From Candidatus Ancaeobacter aquaticus (GTDB lineage: Bacteria > Auribacterota > Ancaeobacteria > Ancaeobacterales > Ancaeobacteraceae): DNA of 64,000 bases. Below are positions 8,540 through 16,290 of the stretch, piece by piece. The translations under genes and the position numbers were made by a program. The notes below the pieces were generated by a model. The model was not told the DNA's origin. It ran no database searches and was given only the letters and a program-made list of their open reading frames with translations. The first letter of the stretch is position 1. Each line of letters opens with the position of its first letter. The stretch is taken from the NCBI GenBank assembly GCA_030765405.1, contig JAVCCP010000056.1, positions 1-64,000 on the forward strand. The letters are read 5' to 3'.

Positions 8540-10504
8540 TTGTTTTCTGTTAAGGAATTTTCTAAAAAAGCGAACAATAAAAGAGCAGGATCTTGCAAAC
8601 GCAGTAAGGTTAGGTGTGAAGTGAGAAAATCAGAAGAAATATATCGAGATATTCTTGAAAATGCCAACGATCTAATACAATGCGTAGATGTTAAGGGTAA
8701 ATTTGTATATGTGAATCAAAAATGGTTAAAAACATTAGAATATAACGAAAATGAGGTAAAGAAAATATCTTTAATGGCTGTTATACGTAAAGATCAAGTG
8801 CCCCATTGCATAGGACTTTTAAAAAGAATTTGTAATGGTGAAACCTTTGATAACATTGAAACTGTTTTTGTATCTAAAACAGGGAAAGAAATCTTTGTAG
8901 AAGGAAATGTAAATGCCCATTTTGAGGATGGTAAATTTATTTCAACACGAGGGATATTTAGAGATATCACTGAACGCAAGCGCAGGGAGGAAGAGCTAAG
9001 GCAAAGTGAGAAATTTAGTTCCAGCCTTCTGGATAATTCTCCTAATCCCCTTGTAGTTATCAATCCGGATACATCGATAAGATATGTGAATTCTGCCTTG
9101 GAAAGCATAACCGGTTTTTCTTTTGAAGAACTGATCGGCAAAAAGACTCCATATCCTTGGTGGACAAAAGAGACATTGCGTAAAACAGGAAAGGACTTTA
9201 AGAGAGTTTTGGGAAAAGGAGCATTAAAACTTGAAGAACTTTTCCAAAAAAAGAACGGAAAAAGATTCTGGGTAGAGATAACATCAACTCCTGTCAAAAG
9301 TGCCGGGAGATTTGAATATTACTTATCAAATTGGGTTGATATCACTGAGCGCAAGAAGGCGAAAGAAAGCATAAGACATTTAAAGGAATACAGTGAAAAT
9401 ATTGTTGCAAGTGTGCTGACAGCAATAGCTATCTGTCGTAAGGATTTAAGTATATCTTTGGTAAATAAAGAATTTTATAGAATATTTGGCGGAGACAATA
9501 ATGTGATTGTCGGAAAGAATCTAAATGACATACTTGGTCCTGAAGTTATAACAAAAGAAAATTTATTAAATATAGCATTAAAGGTTTTTAATGCAAGTCA
9601 ACCTTCTAATGAGATGGAGTTAGATTATATATTTCCTAAAATAGGAAGAAAAATTCTTAATTTAAGGATAGTTGGCATATCACGTGAAGAAGAAGAAGAA
9701 GAAGAAGTATTAATTCTTATAAATGATATCACCGAAAAGAAAGAAATGACTACCAAACTCATACATTCCGACAAAATGGCTTCTGTAGGATTATTATCTG
9801 CTGGTATTGCGCACGAATTTAATAATGTTTTGGCCATAATACGCACTTTAGCGGAACATGCTAGGAATAAAAAAGACTATGAAAACATAGAAAAGGTCTT
9901 ATCTAATATTATTGAATCTTCAGATAAGGGTGCGGCAGTTGTTAGGAATTTATTGAATTTTTCTGCCAGTATTAAGCTGAAAAAAACTTTTCAAGATATG
10001 ACAAAGGTAATGGATTCGATTTTATCTATTGTAAGTATGGACCTTCAAAGATCGAATATTGAGGTTGTAAAAAAATATACCAAAATTCCTAAAACCTTTA
10101 TTGATGAGGGTCAGATTCAGCAGGTATTTTTAAATATTATATTGAATGCGAAAGAAGCCATGGAAAAAAGCGGTGGTGTGTTAGAAATTAGAATTTATAA
10201 AGAGGAATCTATGATTTGTATTGATGTTATAAATACGGGAGAGCCGATTAAAAAAGAAATTATAAATAAAATTTATGATCCTTTCTTCTCGACAAAAGAA
10301 GGTTTAGTTGAGAAAGACAAGATTGGAGGAACGGGCCTGGGCCTTTCTGTTACATATGGAATAGTCAAGTCTCATGAAGGTAGTATTGTCGTAAAACCCG
10401 CTCGGGGTAAAAAGGCTGTTTTTACAGTGAAATTACCAATTGTGAAAAGACGAAGAAAAAAGGTGATTAATCATGAAAAGATTGAAATTACTTGTAATAG
10501 ATGA
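8540..10504 (+). CDS. Multi-PAS sensor histidine kinase
   Basis: Three PAS-like segments (DITERK linkers), H-box GIAHEFNN, N-box QVFLNIILNA, G-boxes GTGLGL. Start codon uncertain. Confidence 0.9.
   Translation: MFSVKEFSKKANNKRAGSCKRSKVRCEVRKSEEIYRDILENANDLIQCVDVKGKFVYVNQKWLKTLEYNENEVKKISLMAVIRKDQVPHCIGLLKRICNGETFDNIETVFVSKTGKEIFVEGNVNAHFEDGKFISTRGIFRDITERKRREEELRQSEKFSSSLLDNSPNPLVVINPDTSIRYVNSALESITGFSFEELIGKKTPYPWWTKETLRKTGKDFKRVLGKGALKLEELFQKKNGKRFWVEITSTPVKSAGRFEYYLSNWVDITERKKAKESIRHLKEYSENIVASVLTAIAICRKDLSISLVNKEFYRIFGGDNNVIVGKNLNDILGPEVITKENLLNIALKVFNASQPSNEMELDYIFPKIGRKILNLRIVGISREEEEEEEVLILINDITEKKEMTTKLIHSDKMASVGLLSAGIAHEFNNVLAIIRTLAEHARNKKDYENIEKVLSNIIESSDKGAAVVRNLLNFSASIKLKKTFQDMTKVMDSILSIVSMDLQRSNIEVVKKYTKIPKTFIDEGQIQQVFLNIILNAKEAMEKSGGVLEIRIYKEESMICIDVINTGEPIKKEIINKIYDPFFSTKEGLVEKDKIGGTGLGLSVTYGIVKSHEGSIVVKPARGKKAVFTVKLPIVKRRRKKVINHEKIEITCNR
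9686..9706 (+). repeat. (GAA)7 microsatellite encoding poly-Glu in the third PAS domain
   Basis: Seven tandem GAA read directly from the sequence (REEEEEEEV). Confidence 0.9.
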
Positions 10505-11069
10505 TGACGATAAAATGTGTAAAATTTTGAGTGATATTTTTACCGATGAAGGATTTCATGTAGAATATGCGCTTGATGGACAGGCTGGCATTAAAGACGT
10601 TAATTCATTTAAACCAAACCTTATTTTACTTGATCTTAAAATGCCGGGCATGGATGGTGTTGAAGTCTTGAAGAAAATAAAGGAAATAAATCCTCACATT
10701 GGTGTTGTAATACTTACGGGTTGCCCGTCTATGGAAAGTGCGATAAGCACACTAAAGATGAATGCCTTGGATTATACAGAAAAACCTTTTAAAATAGATG
10801 ATTTAAAGGCTGTCGTAAACAAAGCACTTGAAAAGTTGGGTCTGATAAGGGACCTGCAGACAATGATAAATAGAGAAATTGGTAAAAATATTAAATCGTT
10901 TCGGACTGAAAAAAGGATTAGTGTCAAAGAGTTAGCTAATAAGACAGGTTGCGCGCCAAGTCTCATCTCCCAGATTGAAAATGCCAAGAGTGCTGCTTCA
11001 ATTCTCACGCTGTATAAAATTGCCAGGGCATTAAATGTAACTGTGGATAAGTTGGTAGAAAACGTATAA
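10473..11069 (+). CDS. Response regulator with C-terminal XRE (HTH_3) domain
   Basis: LLVIDDD, LLDLKMPGMDG, KPF; C-terminal IGKNIKSFR..SVKELA..LISQIENA. Confidence 0.9.
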   Translation: MKRLKLLVIDDDDKMCKILSDIFTDEGFHVEYALDGQAGIKDVNSFKPNLILLDLKMPGMDGVEVLKKIKEINPHIGVVILTGCPSMESAISTLKMNALDYTEKPFKIDDLKAVVNKALEKLGLIRDLQTMINREIGKNIKSFRTEKRISVKELANKTGCAPSLISQIENAKSAASILTLYKIARALNVTVDKLVENV

Positions 11070-11164
11070 TCCCCCTTCTCCTATTCAGTATATCTCAATT
11101 AAATTCAGCATGATAGATTCTAATCTGTTCCCCCAGCTGATTGTTTTTGATAACCTGTGGATAA
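11042..11164 (-). promoter_or_regulatory. Two perfect DnaA-box 9-mers (TTATCCACA on the minus strand) plus a degenerate one
   Basis: TGTGGATAA at 11042-11050 and 11156-11164; TTTTGATAA at 11145-11153; followed by AT-rich intergenic DNA. Confidence 0.35.
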
Positions 11165-11373
11165 CTTACCAGAATTAAGTATATCTAATTATTATTCAAT
11201 ATAGATAAACTTTTTCTTGACATACTAACATTAATTTGGCAAAGTGTATCTCCACCTTGAAATGTATATTTAAACGATGATGTTTTGATGTTGCGGTAAA
11301 ATAAAATATGAGTAATTAAAAGTAGTATGACAAAAAAAGAGAAGTATCAACGGGTAAGTCTCAGGTAAGTTTA

Positions 11374-11607
11374 ATGAAAGCCGGATTAATAGCTCTGAAT
11401 ATAGGAAATAGGATCAGATATCTTCGTATTGCAAAACATATGACAATAGGTGAATTAGCGAAAAAGGTAATGGTCTCTCCAAGCTTGATCTCACAGGTTG
11501 AAAAAGGAAAGTGTCAATGTTCCGTATTTACACTAAGTAAAATAGTTGATGCATTTGGCGAGAAATTGTCGAATTTTTTAATAAATATTGAAAATAGTAA
11601 GTTGTGA
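11374..11607 (+). CDS. XRE-family HTH transcriptional regulator
   Basis: IGNRIRYLR..MTIGELA..SPSLISQVEKG; similar to the C-terminal domain of the upstream response regulator. Confidence 0.85.
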   Translation: MKAGLIALNIGNRIRYLRIAKHMTIGELAKKVMVSPSLISQVEKGKCQCSVFTLSKIVDAFGEKLSNFLINIENSKL

Positions 11608-11639
11608 ATATAAAAAAAGTTTAAACATAAGGAGGATGT

Positions 11640-11957
11640 ATGGCGAAGGCAAAAGCAGTTGTTGTGAAAAAACCGGTTCACAGAGGGATAATGGAAACAA
11701 TGGATGCTGCCGCGGATGCTGTTAAGGATGCCGCGAAAAGCAACCGAAAAACAGTTACGGGTGTTGTAAAGGCCACGGTAGAAGGTACGTCAAAAGGTAT
11801 ATACGGTGTTTTTTACGGTACGTCATATGGTATTACATTTGTATTGCTCAGTGCGTTTAATTTGATTTCGGATAATCCTGCCGGTAATGGAATTAAGGAT
11901 GGTGTTGTGGCAGCAACGGTAGATAGAGGTAAAAAGAGTAAAAAGAGCAAAAAGTAA
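11640..11957 (+). CDS. Small membrane-associated hypothetical protein with basic termini
   Basis: Strong RBS (AAGGAGG), hydrophobic YGVFYGTSYGITFVLL segment, NGIKDG motif, KKSKKSKK tail. Confidence 0.75.
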   Translation: MAKAKAVVVKKPVHRGIMETMDAAADAVKDAAKSNRKTVTGVVKATVEGTSKGIYGVFYGTSYGITFVLLSAFNLISDNPAGNGIKDGVVAATVDRGKKSKKSKK

Positions 11958-12122
11958 TGGGGAAATAAATAAACAAGAGTGTGTATTGAGATAAATTAGA
12001 GTGATATGTAGTAGGGCTTTTGCCAAAGTTGGATTTTCTCCGACAAAAAAGCTTTGACGTATTGTATGTCTGTTTCGATCTCTATCTCTATCTCTGGTAC
12101 ATGCGATGTAAAAGGAATATTG

Positions 12123-13532
12123 ATGAAATCCCAAAGAATTAAAAATGTTTTTAAGAAGTCCATGTCATTAACAGAAAAATTAATCCCTTTATTATCGATT
12201 ATATTTTTCATTTTAGGTATGTGGGGATCGAGAGCGTCGGAAAAATTTGCCTATTTTGTTGATGATTTAATGGCAAATTTTATTGATGGTTATGTCTACA
12301 TCGCGCCTTTCGTGATATTTTTAATTGTAACCCCCGCGTTTGCAAAGATCCTTAATGAACGGGAGGCAAATGGTAAAGGTTTTGTCAGACATAGTCTTTT
12401 ATGGTTTGTAAAGCTAAGGTTATTGGCCTGCGTTTTCGCGTGTATTTTTACCGCGCTTGTATTTGGGCTTCCCCTTTACGCTAATCATTCGCTTGGTTTT
12501 ATTGACTCTGTAATCACAACGTTTAAGTCGATGATGTGGATGTTTACTCACAGTCCGTATTTTTACGCGCTGTATGCTTCAATACTAACTGTTCTTGTCT
12601 CAACTAAAGTTACAAAGGTAAGAAACGTAATGGTTAAAGGTAATGATCTAATTGAAAAGGTTGGCCAGGTATTTGTGCCTTTGGTGCCCTTGTTTATGTT
12701 AGTTATTGGTTCATATGTAGCTCATCTCCCTGTTAATGTTGGTGAGCAGATAGGCAAAGAAGGGCTTAGTATTACATTAAGCACTATAAATGTTTTCGGC
12801 TTTAAAATAAATTCAAATACGCCGATGGGGATGGTGTTTGCATATTTGGCCGGTGCCTTTTTAACCGGTTTGGCATGTTTTATCTGGCATTTTGGATTGT
12901 TATTTTACGCGAAATACAAACAGAAAGATTTTTCAATACTAAAATATTTTAAAGATTATTGGGTCAAGGTTTATCCGATTCTATGGGCAACATCATCTGA
13001 GGCTTTGGCAACGCCGTTAAATATCTATCTCATTCAGAAACATTATAATCACGTTAGACGTGAGGTGACTAATTTTGTTGTTGGTGTCGGCTCTTTTGTA
13101 AATATTAACGGGACAATGATTTGCGTTTTTGTTCTTGCGGGTTTAGTAGCTAAGATGCTTGGGATTACAATATCATTGGTTGATTTATTGATGTGCGTAG
13201 GTGTTGTGTTTTTGATCGGTTTTGGCGTGCCCGGGATACCCGGTGAACTTCTGATGTTTGGAGGACCTGTAGTTGTTTTATTGGGCATAGCGCCTGAAAT
13301 AGCTCCTGTTTTTCTGGCATTATATTTGGGGCTTCAGATAGGGTTGCCTGATTCTTTCAGGACAGGTGCAAATTCAACAGACGAGTGTGTTGCAAATATT
13401 ATTTTAGGGAAAGTATATAATGATAAGTTTTTACATGAGAAGGAGCCTGAAAGGGAAGGGATAAGAATTCCGGAAGTTATTATTCCAAGTCCTGTTCCGA
13501 TCCCTGTTCATGAAGAACATAACCAAAGTTGA
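12123..13532 (+). CDS. Dicarboxylate/amino acid:cation symporter (DAACS/SDF)-like transporter
   Basis: Multiple TMs; ATSSEALATP (serine-rich HP1), NINGT (NMDGT-like), GVPG, DSFRTGAN. ATG 12123 preferred over the TTG at 12054. Confidence 0.75.
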   Translation: MKSQRIKNVFKKSMSLTEKLIPLLSIIFFILGMWGSRASEKFAYFVDDLMANFIDGYVYIAPFVIFLIVTPAFAKILNEREANGKGFVRHSLLWFVKLRLLACVFACIFTALVFGLPLYANHSLGFIDSVITTFKSMMWMFTHSPYFYALYASILTVLVSTKVTKVRNVMVKGNDLIEKVGQVFVPLVPLFMLVIGSYVAHLPVNVGEQIGKEGLSITLSTINVFGFKINSNTPMGMVFAYLAGAFLTGLACFIWHFGLLFYAKYKQKDFSILKYFKDYWVKVYPILWATSSEALATPLNIYLIQKHYNHVRREVTNFVVGVGSFVNINGTMICVFVLAGLVAKMLGITISLVDLLMCVGVVFLIGFGVPGIPGELLMFGGPVVVLLGIAPEIAPVFLALYLGLQIGLPDSFRTGANSTDECVANIILGKVYNDKFLHEKEPEREGIRIPEVIIPSPVPIPVHEEHNQS

Positions 13533-13679
13533 CCAATTGAAGATAATATTGAGTTTGAGAGTAAGGGATGAGGCGGCAACCCCGGAAGCAACAGGTGATA
13601 GCCGTGGAATCAAATAAACCTTTTGTGAAAAAATAATATGGCAATTGGTAACAGTTATTGATCTCGGAGGTATATAAAT

Positions 13680-13889
13680 ATGAAAAAGATTGCAGAAAAG
13701 AACAGTGCGATTGAAGAAGATTTAGAAAAATTGAAGGCGACTGTAGGAACCGGGGCTGCAATATGCGCCGCTATAGGATCGGTACTTGGTGTTATTGCCG
13801 GCGGGACAATAGGAGCAATAGTAGGTGGTGCGCTCGGCGGCGGTGTGGGCGGCTATTTTGGCGCTAATAAGTTAAGAAAGAATAATTAA
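13680..13889 (+). CDS. Glycine-zipper small membrane protein
   Basis: RBS GGAGG; charged N-terminal helix followed by GxxxGxxxG repeats (GSVLGVIAGGTIGAIVGGALGGGVGGYFG). Confidence 0.75.
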   Translation: MKKIAEKNSAIEEDLEKLKATVGTGAAICAAIGSVLGVIAGGTIGAIVGGALGGGVGGYFGANKLRKNN

Positions 13890-14051
13890 ATTATCTTTAC
13901 AAATATTGGATTATTTGCTATTCTTTTCGCTGTAAAAGTATTTTAATACTTATAAATCAATGAGCCGGAGCAAGCCAAGTCACATCATTGTGTTGGGCAA
14001 ATTAAATGGTAAATTTATTGTAAAGATAACAGGTAATTCGGAGGTGGATTT

Positions 14052-14522
14052 ATGGAAAATGGTCGTTTAGCAGCAATAATAGCGTTGGTTGTAGGAGTAG
14101 GGGTAGTCCTCAGTCTTCCTAAGATGAGGAAGCGCCTAAAGGAATGGTTGGCCCCTGTTGGTGGTAATATTAAGGAAGGATATCTTGCAGCTACGAAAAA
14201 GATAAAGAAAGAGAAATCTAAAAATATAAAACTTGAAAAAGTTGCCGCAAAAAAGAAACCAAAAACAAGAAAAAGTGTCATTAACGTAAAAGCTAAAAAG
14301 GTATCCGCTAAACCTGCACCTGTCGGAATACCCACAAATGTTTCACCTGAAACGGAGAATGCAATAATTAAGGTTTTAAAAGAAAGTCCGGGCGGTAAGA
14401 CTTTGGTAGATCTTGGCATGGGTCTCGGTACCCATTTCGTTAAATTAGCTATTCCTATAAAAAGATTAGTTGAACAAGGAAAAGTCAGAAAAAAAGAAAA
14501 ATTGTATTTTGCGGTAGCATAG
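14052..14522 (+). CDS. N-terminal TM anchor + Lys-rich linker + C-terminal winged-helix-like domain
   Basis: RBS GGAGG. MENG-TM start shared with 19231. C-terminal IIKVLKESPGGKTLVDLG..LVEQGKVRK..LYF fits a wHTH pattern. Confidence 0.7.
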   Translation: MENGRLAAIIALVVGVGVVLSLPKMRKRLKEWLAPVGGNIKEGYLAATKKIKKEKSKNIKLEKVAAKKKPKTRKSVINVKAKKVSAKPAPVGIPTNVSPETENAIIKVLKESPGGKTLVDLGMGLGTHFVKLAIPIKRLVEQGKVRKKEKLYFAVA

Positions 14523-14536
14523 GAGAAGGAATTATT

Positions 14537-15349
14537 ATGGAAGCTCGAATTATTGCTATTTCCAATCAAAAAGGCGGGGTCGGAAAAACCACAACTACCT
14601 TAAATGTCGGTGCATGTCTTGCCGATATTGGCAAAAAGGTGTTGTTTATAGATTTAGACCCGCAGGCAAATCTTACAACAGGTATAGGTATAGACCCAAA
14701 TAACGTAGATATTTCCATTTATGATGTTCTATTAAACGCGAAAAAAGGAATAAAAAGGGCTATTGTACAAACTAATTATAAAAATCTGGATATTGTACGC
14801 GGACATATCAATCTTTCAAGCGCGGAGATCGAAATGGTCCCTTTATATGGAAGGGAGTTTGTATTAAAAAAGGCTGTTGAAAAAATTATTAATGAGTATG
14901 ATTTTATTTTAATTGATTGTCCGCCGTCGTTATCGCTTCTGACAGTCAATGGGTTGATAACAGCCAAAGAACTTATAATCCCTGTACAGGCGCATCATTT
15001 TTCTTTAGACGGGTTGGAAAAACTCCTGGATGTTGTGACTATTATTAAAGAAGAGATGAACGAGGAATTACAGCTTGCGGGTGTATTTCTCACTCTGGTG
15101 GATACAAGGACAAGCGTATTCCAACAGGTATGGGGAAAATTGAAAAACAATCAAAGGATATCAGATAAAGTTTTGAAAACATTTATTCGTGTAAACATAA
15201 AACTCGTTGAAGCCGCGAATGAAGGTATTCCGATTATTTATTATAATAGCACTTGTCACGGGGCAATTGCATACAGAGAACTTACAAAAGAGATTTTAGA
15301 AAGGGGTAAGATATGGCACAACCAGGTGGTGGAAACAAGCAAACGGTAA
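14537..15349 (+). CDS. parA: ParA/Soj-family ATPase (no adjacent ParB)
   Basis: Deviant Walker A KGGVGKTT, IDLDPQAN, LIDCPPSL, DTRT and IRVNIKL basic motifs. Confidence 0.9.
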   Translation: MEARIIAISNQKGGVGKTTTTLNVGACLADIGKKVLFIDLDPQANLTTGIGIDPNNVDISIYDVLLNAKKGIKRAIVQTNYKNLDIVRGHINLSSAEIEMVPLYGREFVLKKAVEKIINEYDFILIDCPPSLSLLTVNGLITAKELIIPVQAHHFSLDGLEKLLDVVTIIKEEMNEELQLAGVFLTLVDTRTSVFQQVWGKLKNNQRISDKVLKTFIRVNIKLVEAANEGIPIIYYNSTCHGAIAYRELTKEILERGKIWHNQVVETSKR

Positions 15350-15603
15350 TGGTCTTGGTGTTTGCGGCAGGTGTTCTTGTCGGGATGAACTGGCCAAAGA
15401 TAAAACAGGTGGTATCACCTATTATTGAAAACATGACTGAAAAATCCGCGGATGTATATTCCGGTATCGCGAAATTTATGGCCGAGCAAAAAGAAAACGT
15501 TGAGGATACTGTGGCAGCGGCAAAAGTAAGAAAGGTCAAAAAAAAGCCGGCTAAATCTGCGGGCAATGGAAAAAAATCCGCGAAAAGCACAATAAAAGCA
15601 TAA
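15313..15603 (+). CDS. Small TM-anchored Lys-rich protein (DUF5132/FezA-like)
   Basis: AAGVLVGMNWPKIK TM motif, AEQKENVEDTVAAAK helix, KKKPAKSA tail; overlaps the parA 3' end. Confidence 0.7.
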   Translation: MAQPGGGNKQTVMVLVFAAGVLVGMNWPKIKQVVSPIIENMTEKSADVYSGIAKFMAEQKENVEDTVAAAKVRKVKKKPAKSAGNGKKSAKSTIKA

Positions 15604-15677
15604 TAAAAGCACATTTTTAACTCCAATACTTTTTTATTGGTGTTGGTGACTGAGAAGATGTGAAAAAATTGAAGTTT

Positions 15678-15760
15678 CGTCATTGCGAGGAGCCCCGGAT
15701 GGGCGCCGCGTTAGTTTCTGACACGAAGTGTCATTCTGAGCAAACGAAGTGAGTCGAAGG
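15678..15760. repeat. GTCATT-type REP-like elements
   Basis: CGTCATTGCGAGGAG and TGTCATTCTGAGC...CGAAG heads in tandem in intergenic DNA; related GATTCCCGC..CGGGAATGAC at 24424-24452. Confidence 0.45.
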
Positions 15761-15788
15761 AGTAGTGTGGAATATGACTGGAACCCGG

Positions 15789-16247
15789 ATGATGAAAAAT
15801 AAAGGTGTTTGTATATTTTACATCGAAAGAGGGTTTAAGTTTTTTGAGAAAAACACGGTGTCAGATCAGGTTCTTGATAAGATTTTAAATGTGAATGGTG
15901 TTGATGAATTAACGTATAACAAAATCACGAAGTCAATAATTGTAATATATGATACACGAATACTTACGTCTAAAAGGCTTTTTTCAAGAATATCAAAATT
16001 ATTTCCCGATAATAAATTTTTACATAAGGAAGCATCGTTAAAAGATTTTAAAAAGGGTGTTCTTGAAAAAGCGATGGATAAATTTTTGGAGAAACTGGAT
16101 AAGAAATCCAGAGATCAAGTTCTTAAATGCAAAGATATGGTGTTTATTATGCCTGTAGGCGCAGTTATGAAACCATTTAAATTGTATTATAAGAGGTTGA
16201 TAGCTCCCACCTGGCTTGAGTTTATTTTTCAGGTGATAATGTTGTAA
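15789..16247 (+). CDS. HMA_2-like (no CxxC) domain protein with C-terminal hydrophobic segment, FezC-like
   Basis: GVDELTYNKITKSIIVIYD matches the GV..N..T.S..V.YD HMA signature; no metal-binding CxxC; lies directly upstream of the P1B ATPase. Start uncertain (15765 or 15789). Confidence 0.6.
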   Translation: MMKNKGVCIFYIERGFKFFEKNTVSDQVLDKILNVNGVDELTYNKITKSIIVIYDTRILTSKRLFSRISKLFPDNKFLHKEASLKDFKKGVLEKAMDKFLEKLDKKSRDQVLKCKDMVFIMPVGAVMKPFKLYYKRLIAPTWLEFIFQVIML

Positions 16248-16290
16248 TGTCAATCTAAAAAAGGGCGAATAATGGGGGAAGGCAAAAACG

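Noticed and set aside
12071..12095. (ATCTCT)n hexamer run
   Set aside because: Short, probably upstream of the real start codon, and with no evident function.
14052..14522. Gas vesicle cluster (similar wHTH tails occur near gvp genes)
   Set aside because: No GvpA/J/N/F-like sequences are present.
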